From assembly GCA_963780225.1 (NCBI GenBank), contig CAWAAX010000009.1, positions 1 to 64,000 on the forward strand: DNA of 64,000 nucleotides. Reading direction: 5' to 3'. This stretch comes from an uncultured bacterium. GTDB lineage: Bacteria; Edwardsbacteria; AC1; EtOH8. The notes beneath the pieces are model-generated. The model searched no databases and was not told the origin of the DNA. It saw only the letters and a list, made by a program, of their open reading frames with translations. A program made the position numbers and the translations under genes. Positions 58,657-64,000 of the stretch are shown here, piece after piece (positions within the stretch are counted from its first letter, which is position 1; each line of letters opens with the position of its first letter).

Positions 58657-58685
58657 ACGTCCCGGGGAACCGGGGCGTTTTTTTT
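58657..58685 (+). terminator. Probable terminator after tdh
   Basis: ACGTCCCGG-ggaa-CCGGGGCGT followed by a T run. Confidence 0.7.
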
Positions 58686-58805
58686 ATTCTTAGTATCCTC
58701 ATATCTATACTTTTCTGCTTGACAAAAAAGAGCAGTGATGGATATAATAACTCTGAAAGACACTGTCCTTAAAAACCATTTATCGTTCATATTATGGAGG
58801 CTAAA

Positions 58806-59718
58806 ATGGAACAGGCAGATGCCCGGAGGGAGGCGGATTGCATCAATAACGTGAAATCGCCAGATGCTTTCCACAGGCTTCTTTTCACAGCGATCATATT
58901 GTTGTTCATCTGCCTGGCGGCAATGCTTCCAGCCGGCCGGGCCGGGGCCTGCTCCAGCTTCCTGCTGGAGCGGGGTTGAATTGAAATCCTATTGGTGCGC
59001 GGTGACACCATCCTGGTGGGGCACAATCTTGACGAGAACTTCGCCGAAATACCCGGTTTGATGGTGGTCAATCCCCGCGGCATCGCCAAGACCGGCATCG
59101 GCTGGAACGGCTTGGTCAACCCGCTTGCCAGGGTAAAACCCACTTCCCTGGGAAAATATGGCTCGCTGACCTACAGCGCCTTTGGAAAAGAGTTCCCCGA
59201 CGGGGGCCTGAACGAGGCCGGGCTATATGTGGGTGAGATGAATTATTACTATACCGAATATCCCGGCGATAAAACACTAATCAGGCTCTACCACAACCAG
59301 TGGATCCAGTACCTGCTGGATAACTTCGAGACGGTGGACCAGGTGCTGGCCGACCTGAAGCGGGTGGTGCGTCAGACGGCCACAACCGCTGGCAATTCTT
59401 TGTGGCCGACGCCAAGGGCAGGGCGGCGGCGATAAGCAGCTTTCATGGTTCAAGGGAAAGCCGGTGATCAACGCCGGGGATCTCCCCTGCCGGTCAAGGC
59501 GTTATGCAACCGCCGCTATACCCGCGAGATGGATTCGCTGAAGTCCTATGCGGGGGTACGGCGGCTCGCGGGCGGTGGATTACCGCGACACCACCTATGA
59601 CCGCCGTCTTCGTCTGGGCGGCGGAGATGCTGCGGAAGCAGGACAAAAAGATCCCGGCCGGGGATTACGCCCGCTCGATACTCCGTGCAGTTGGATACCG
59701 CGAAACAACAAGTGGTCT
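58806..59718 (+). pseudogene. Secreted Ntn-hydrolase (choloylglycine hydrolase/penicillin V acylase family), disrupted and 3'-truncated
   Basis: Signal peptide ending AGA-CSSF (N-terminal Cys), VGHNLDE, KYGSLT, DGGLNEAGL, WIQYLLDNF.TV; in-frame TGA at 58977 and several frameshifts. Confidence 0.75.
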
Positions 59719-60132
59719 TGGCCAAGAAGCTGGATCATCCGGGCGTGAACGTGGCCAGGGAAGACCTGAAGACGGTGATGCGCGACCTGGGGATGCGAAG
59801 GATTTGACGTGGGCCTGGAGATGTCGGGCAACGCCGCCGCTTTCGCACTATGCTCGATGCCATGTCAACGGAGGGCGCATCGCGATGCTGGGGATCATGG
59901 GCGAAAACGAGGCCATCGATGGGGCAAGGTAATATTCAAAGGCCTGTTCTAAAGGGCATCTGCGGACGGGAGATGTTCGAGACCTGGTATAAGATGACGG
60001 CCATGATCCGCTCCGGACTGGACATCAGCCCGGTCATCACCCACCGCTTTCCCATAGAGGAGTTCAAGTCGGGGTTCGAGGTCATGGGCAGCGGAAATCC
60101 GGCAAGGTCGTTTTGGACTGGGGGTTAAATAA
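59719..60132 (+). pseudogene. tdh: Second, indel-ridden copy of the 3' part of tdh
   Basis: Colinear with 58159-58608, including about 25 bp past the stop; synonymous differences plus single-base deletions. Confidence 0.85.
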
Positions 60133-60398
60133 GCACTCATTTGTTCAAGCCAAATGACGTCGCGGATGGTCTTGATGCGTACATCAAAATTGGGATTTAA
60201 CGGTCCGGCCAAATCGAGGGCAGCCGGTGTACGGCGGATGGTCACTGCGCCCCGGTTTTCCGGGGCGTTTTTTTGTCTTATATTATTGCATTAAAGCCGA
60301 TATTTTGATATCATTAAAGCTTATATCCTGTCAATCCTTTCAGTCATTAAAACAAAACCAACCTAACCATAAAATCCAAAACTTTCAGGAGACGCTGC

Positions 60399-60986
60399 AT
60401 GGACAACGCCACCAGGATCCAGGACACCACCGCCAATCCCGCTCCCCTCGGCTTGATGGGCTTCGGCATGACCACCATATTGTTGAACCTTCACAATGCC
60501 GGGTTCTTTGGCCTGGACAGCGCCATTCTGGCCATGGGCCTGTTCTACGGCGGCATCACCCAGCTGATAGTCGGCATCATGGAATGGAAGAAGGGCAACA
60601 CCTTCGGCACGGTAGCCTTCACTTCCTACGGCGCCTTTTGGATCACCCTGGTGGGCCTGATGGTGATGCCCAAACTGGGCTGGACCGAGGCCCCGTCACC
60701 GGCCTCCATGGCCAGCTACCTTTCGGTCTGGGGTTTCTTCTCCTTCCTGTTGTTCATCGGCACTCTCAGGCTGAACAAGGCCCTGCAGTTGGTATTCGGT
60801 ACGTTGGTCGTTCTGTTCTTCCTGCTGGCGGCGGGCAAGGCCACCGGAAATGCCGCCATCCTTACCTTTGCCGGATACGAGGGCATAGTCTGCGGCCTCT
60901 TGGCCATGTATGCGGCCATCGCCCAGGTCTTCAACGAGATGCACGGGAAAGTGGTGCTGCCGCTGGGCCCGGTCAAGACCGCTTAA
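60399..60986 (+). CDS. satP: Acetate uptake transporter (GPR1/FUN34/YaaH)
   Basis: [40 protein letters not shown]. Confidence 0.95.
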   Translation: MDNATRIQDTTANPAPLGLMGFGMTTILLNLHNAGFFGLDSAILAMGLFYGGITQLIVGIMEWKKGNTFGTVAFTSYGAFWITLVGLMVMPKLGWTEAPSPASMASYLSVWGFFSFLLFIGTLRLNKALQLVFGTLVVLFFLLAAGKATGNAAILTFAGYEGIVCGLLAMYAAIAQVFNEMHGKVVLPLGPVKTA

Positions 60987-60989
60987 CCG

Positions 60990-61018
60990 TTGACTTTGAA
61001 ATTCACAGATGCTATACT
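60990..61018 (+). promoter_or_regulatory. Promoter for acpS-acsA
   Basis: TTGACT-17-TATACT, preceded by TGn. Confidence 0.7.
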
Positions 61019-61065
61019 TTTCTGAATGCTGGCGCTAAAAGGAGCCCCGGGATAATATCTAAAGG

Positions 61066-61208
61066 CTAATTTCTAAACTTGTCCTGAGCAAAGCCGAAGG
61101 ACACTAAACAAGCACTAATTACCGAAGCACTAAACTCAAAACAGTTTTGAGAATTTTTCATTCGTATTTTGACATTGTTTAGGGTTTCGAGTTTCGTGCT
61201 TAGGATTT
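61066..61208. repeat. 7-bp-period palindromic element with a nested 24-bp REP-like insert
   Basis: CTAATTT CTAAA[CTTGTCCTGAGCAAAGCCGAAGGA]CA CTAAACAA ... CTCAAAAC-a-GTTTTGAG ... TTGTTTAG. Confidence 0.8.
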
Positions 61209-61215
61209 GAGTAAG

Positions 61216-61599
61216 ATGGTGATCGGCATCGGGACAGATATCGTGGCAGTGGACCGGTTCAAAACGCTTAAGGACAAGGAGGAATTCCTGGCCCAGGTCT
61301 TTTCGCCCGAGGAACTGTCCCGCGCGCCCAAGGTAAACCGGGACCGGTTCTATGCCTCGCTGTTCGCGGTAAAAGAATCGGTACTCAAGGCCCTGGGATG
61401 CGGCCTGAGCCAGGGGTCCTTCTGGCACGATATCCGGATCTCCAAGGACATGCAGGCAGCCGTCACCGGCCGTCTGATGAGATTTGTCCCGGAGGGTTCA
61501 AACCCTAAGATCAGGGTCAGCCATTCCAGCACCCGGGAATACGCCACCGCCTATGTAATAATTGAAGATAAAAAATCAACAATAGGAGAAACGGCATGA
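61216..61599 (+). CDS. acpS: Holo-ACP synthase (4'-phosphopantetheinyl transferase)
   Basis: IGIGTDIV, VFSPEE, FAVKESVLKALG.G, VSHS...YATA.V. Confidence 0.9.
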   Translation: MVIGIGTDIVAVDRFKTLKDKEEFLAQVFSPEELSRAPKVNRDRFYASLFAVKESVLKALGCGLSQGSFWHDIRISKDMQAAVTGRLMRFVPEGSNPKIRVSHSSTREYATAYVIIEDKKSTIGETA

Positions 61600-63296
61600 G
61601 CAACATCGGTTCCTACGAGGATCGCTACAAGAGTTTCGACTGGAAACTTTCGGAGCAGGAGCTGGAGTACGGGAAGAACGGGCAGTACAACATCGGTTAT
61701 TACTGCAGCGACCGGATCTGCGAAAAGGGCCTGGGCTCCAAGCCGGCCCTGATCTGGGAAGGCTTCACCGGCGAGGTCAAGAAATACACCTACGACGACA
61801 TCCGGGCCTACAGCAACACCACCGCCAAATTCCTCCAGGACCAGGGGGTCAAGCCGGGCGACCGGGTCTGCCTGTTCATGGACAAGATCCCCGAGCTGTA
61901 CATCTGCTTCCTGGGCATCTTAAAGATGGGGGCCATCGCCCAGCCGCTGTTCTCGGCCTTCGGCGAGGAATCGCTGATCACCAGGCTGGACGACGCCAAG
62001 ACCAAGGCGGTGCTGACCACCCGAAAACATGCGGGCAAGGTCCGCCGGATCCGCAAGGACCTGCCGGAGCTGGCCACCATCATCATCGTGGACGCCGACG
62101 ACAAGCCGCTGAACGCCGGGGAGGCCGCCTTTGCCATGGAAAAACTGCCCCGGGTGGAAAAGTTCGACATCGTAAAAGTTGAGCCCGAGACCGCCTCGGT
62201 GCTGCACTACACCTCGGGAACCACCGGAAAGCCCAAGGGGGCCCAGCACGTCCACAATTCCCTGGTGGCCCAGTACATCACCGCCAAGTGGGTGCTGGAC
62301 CTGAAGCCGGATGACATCTACTGGTGCACCGCCGATCCGGGCTGGGTCACCGGCACCTCCTACGGCATCATCGGGCCCTGGGCCAACGGGGTCACCCAGG
62401 TGGTGCTGGACGCCGGCTTCAGCGCCCAGAACTGGTACGCCTTCATCGAGCGGATGAAGGTCACCATGTGGTACTCGGCCCCCACCGCCATCCGGATGCT
62501 GATGAAGGAAGGGGTGGAGGCGGTCAAGAAGCACAACCTCTCCAGCCTCCGCCACCTTTGCAGCGTGGGCGAGCCGCTGAACGCCGAGGCCGTGATCTGG
62601 TCGGAGAAGGCCTTCGGCCAGCCGTTCTACGACACCTTCTGGCAGACCGAGACCGGGGCCATGATGATCTGCAACTACCCCGGGATGAAGGTCAAGCCCG
62701 GATCCATGGGCAAGCCCTTCCCCGGCATCACCGCCACCGTGGTCAACCCCAAGACCTTCGAGCCGGTGAACCATCCCGGCACCGTGGGGCTGATCGCCTT
62801 CAAGCCCGGCTGGCCCTCCATGATGCGGGCCTACTGGAACAACAAGGAGACCTACGACGGCAAGTTCAAGAACGGCTGGTACCTTTCGGGCGACCGCTCC
62901 AGCATCGACGCCGACGGCTACTACTGGTTCGTGGGCCGGGATGACGATGTCATCAACACCGCCGGCCACCTGGTGGGCCCGTTCGAGATCGAGTCGGCAT
63001 TGCTGGAACACCCGGCGGTGGCCGAGTCGGCCGCGGTGGGCAAGCCCGACCCCCTGAACATGGAGGTGGTCAAGGCCTTCATCGCCCTCAAGCCGGGCTT
63101 TGAGCCTTCCAGCGACCTGGAGATGGACATCATGAACTTCATCCGCAAGAAGCTGTCGCCGCTGGCCATGCCCCAGGAGATAGAGTTCATGGCCTCGATG
63201 CCCAAGACCCGGAGCGGAAAGATCATGCGCCGGATGCTAAGGGCCAAGGAGTGGGGCGAGGAGATCGGAGATATCTCGACCCTTGAAAATGATTAA
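61596..63296 (+). CDS. acsA: Acetate--CoA ligase-like AMP-forming enzyme
   Basis: YTSGTTGKPKG, WCTADPGWVTG, SVGEPLN, DTFWQTETG, GRDDD, PKTRSGKIMRR. Confidence 0.92.
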   Translation: MSNIGSYEDRYKSFDWKLSEQELEYGKNGQYNIGYYCSDRICEKGLGSKPALIWEGFTGEVKKYTYDDIRAYSNTTAKFLQDQGVKPGDRVCLFMDKIPELYICFLGILKMGAIAQPLFSAFGEESLITRLDDAKTKAVLTTRKHAGKVRRIRKDLPELATIIIVDADDKPLNAGEAAFAMEKLPRVEKFDIVKVEPETASVLHYTSGTTGKPKGAQHVHNSLVAQYITAKWVLDLKPDDIYWCTADPGWVTGTSYGIIGPWANGVTQVVLDAGFSAQNWYAFIERMKVTMWYSAPTAIRMLMKEGVEAVKKHNLSSLRHLCSVGEPLNAEAVIWSEKAFGQPFYDTFWQTETGAMMICNYPGMKVKPGSMGKPFPGITATVVNPKTFEPVNHPGTVGLIAFKPGWPSMMRAYWNNKETYDGKFKNGWYLSGDRSSIDADGYYWFVGRDDDVINTAGHLVGPFEIESALLEHPAVAESAAVGKPDPLNMEVVKAFIALKPGFEPSSDLEMDIMNFIRKKLSPLAMPQEIEFMASMPKTRSGKIMRRMLRAKEWGEEIGDISTLEND

Positions 63297-63308
63297 TCAT
63301 TTTCAAGG

Positions 63309-63442
63309 GAAATCCGAAAACCGAATATCTAAATCCTAAACAAATTCGAAATACGAATAACACCAAACTCAAAACAGCTTTGAGAATTTAGAATTAGATA
63401 TTTGGTCATTGTTTAGGATTTAGAGTTTAGGATTTGAAATTT
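63309..63442. repeat. 7-bp-period palindromic element (degenerate partial copies at ~63489-63558 and from 63979)
   Basis: CGAAAAC CGAATAT CTAAATC CTAAACAA ... CTCAAAACAGCTTTGAG ... TTGTTTAGGATTTAGAGTTTAGGATTT. Confidence 0.8.
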
Positions 63443-63719
63443 GCGACACTTGCATAAATAGAAATTTTAACAAAAGCATAAAGTTAAGGACTAAATCAAA
63501 AAAATGATCGAAATACGAAAGAAACTAAGTCAAAAACAGTTTGGAGACTTTAGGATTTGCTATAGGGTGATTGTGGTGGATTGATCCTTGAGTTAGTTAT
63601 AGTTGGTGGGCAAACGGGAAGGGTATGATAAAAATAGCCGATTCGGCAGATACATGGTCAATAGAACTTGTGTCCATAACACTTAATTAAAAGTAGCAAA
63701 TAACACTAAGGAGACTACA

Positions 63720-63977
63720 ATGTCCGACGAAATCAAGAAAATGATCATCGAATACGTCAAAAAAGAGTACCTGGACGAGGATTCAGACACGGAGATCAAG
63801 GAAGACACCAAGCTGATCTCCAGCGGGATCGTGGACTCGTTCTCCATGGTCTCGTTGAAGACCTACCTGGAGAAGAAATTCAGCATCAAGCTGCCGGACG
63901 AGGACGCCACCCCCGAGGCTTTTGACTCGGTCAACAACATCATCGAGCTGATCAGGAAATTCGGAGCCAAGGTCTAA
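63720..63977 (+). CDS. Acyl carrier protein
   Basis: Acidic 85 aa; LISSGIVDSFSMV phosphopantetheine-Ser motif; AAGGAG RBS. Confidence 0.9.
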   Translation: MSDEIKKMIIEYVKKEYLDEDSDTEIKEDTKLISSGIVDSFSMVSLKTYLEKKFSIKLPDEDATPEAFDSVNNIIELIRKFGAKV

Positions 63978-64000
63978 AGCGAAGCACTAATCACTAATTA

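Noticed and set aside
58977..58979. TGA recoding (Sec/Trp/Gly)
   Set aside because: TGA is a normal stop for many genes here (e.g. mfd, clpC, bamA); this codon lies in a duplicated segment of a damaged region.

Overview
This is a GC-rich, gene-dense chromosomal segment from a diderm and probably anaerobic bacterium (bamA-skp-lpxD, lptD, tungsten-type AOR). Its secreted proteins carry FlgD/T9SS-type C-terminal domains, which suggests an FCB-adjacent candidate lineage; that placement is inference only. Housekeeping blocks: pilT, an ABC-2 transporter, mfd, mcsA-mcsB-clpC, bamA-skp-lpxD, PBP1A, yggS-yggT-divIVA-PNP-pfkB, ileS-dksA-lspA-lptD, dtd-rpsO-pnp, secDF, tdh and satP-acpS-acsA-ACP. I found no rRNA, tRNA, CRISPR array, integrase, transposase or reverse transcriptase. 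The most unusual signal is non-coding. Many intergenic gaps hold short palindromic elements: hairpins with 7-, 8-, 9-, 10- or 11/12-bp periodic arms, plus several REP-like families. These insert into one another up to three levels deep, and one sits in-frame inside a protein gene. Other highlights are a secreted protein with 8 near-identical repeats that vary mainly at a few Tyr/Ser/Asn-rich codons, an IleRS with GVHH/DMHKS signature motifs, and an acetate-CoA ligase coupled to its own ACP and PPTase. Several single-base frameshifts (ileS, AOR, the repeat gene, 58.8-60.2 kb) most likely reflect consensus or assembly error.
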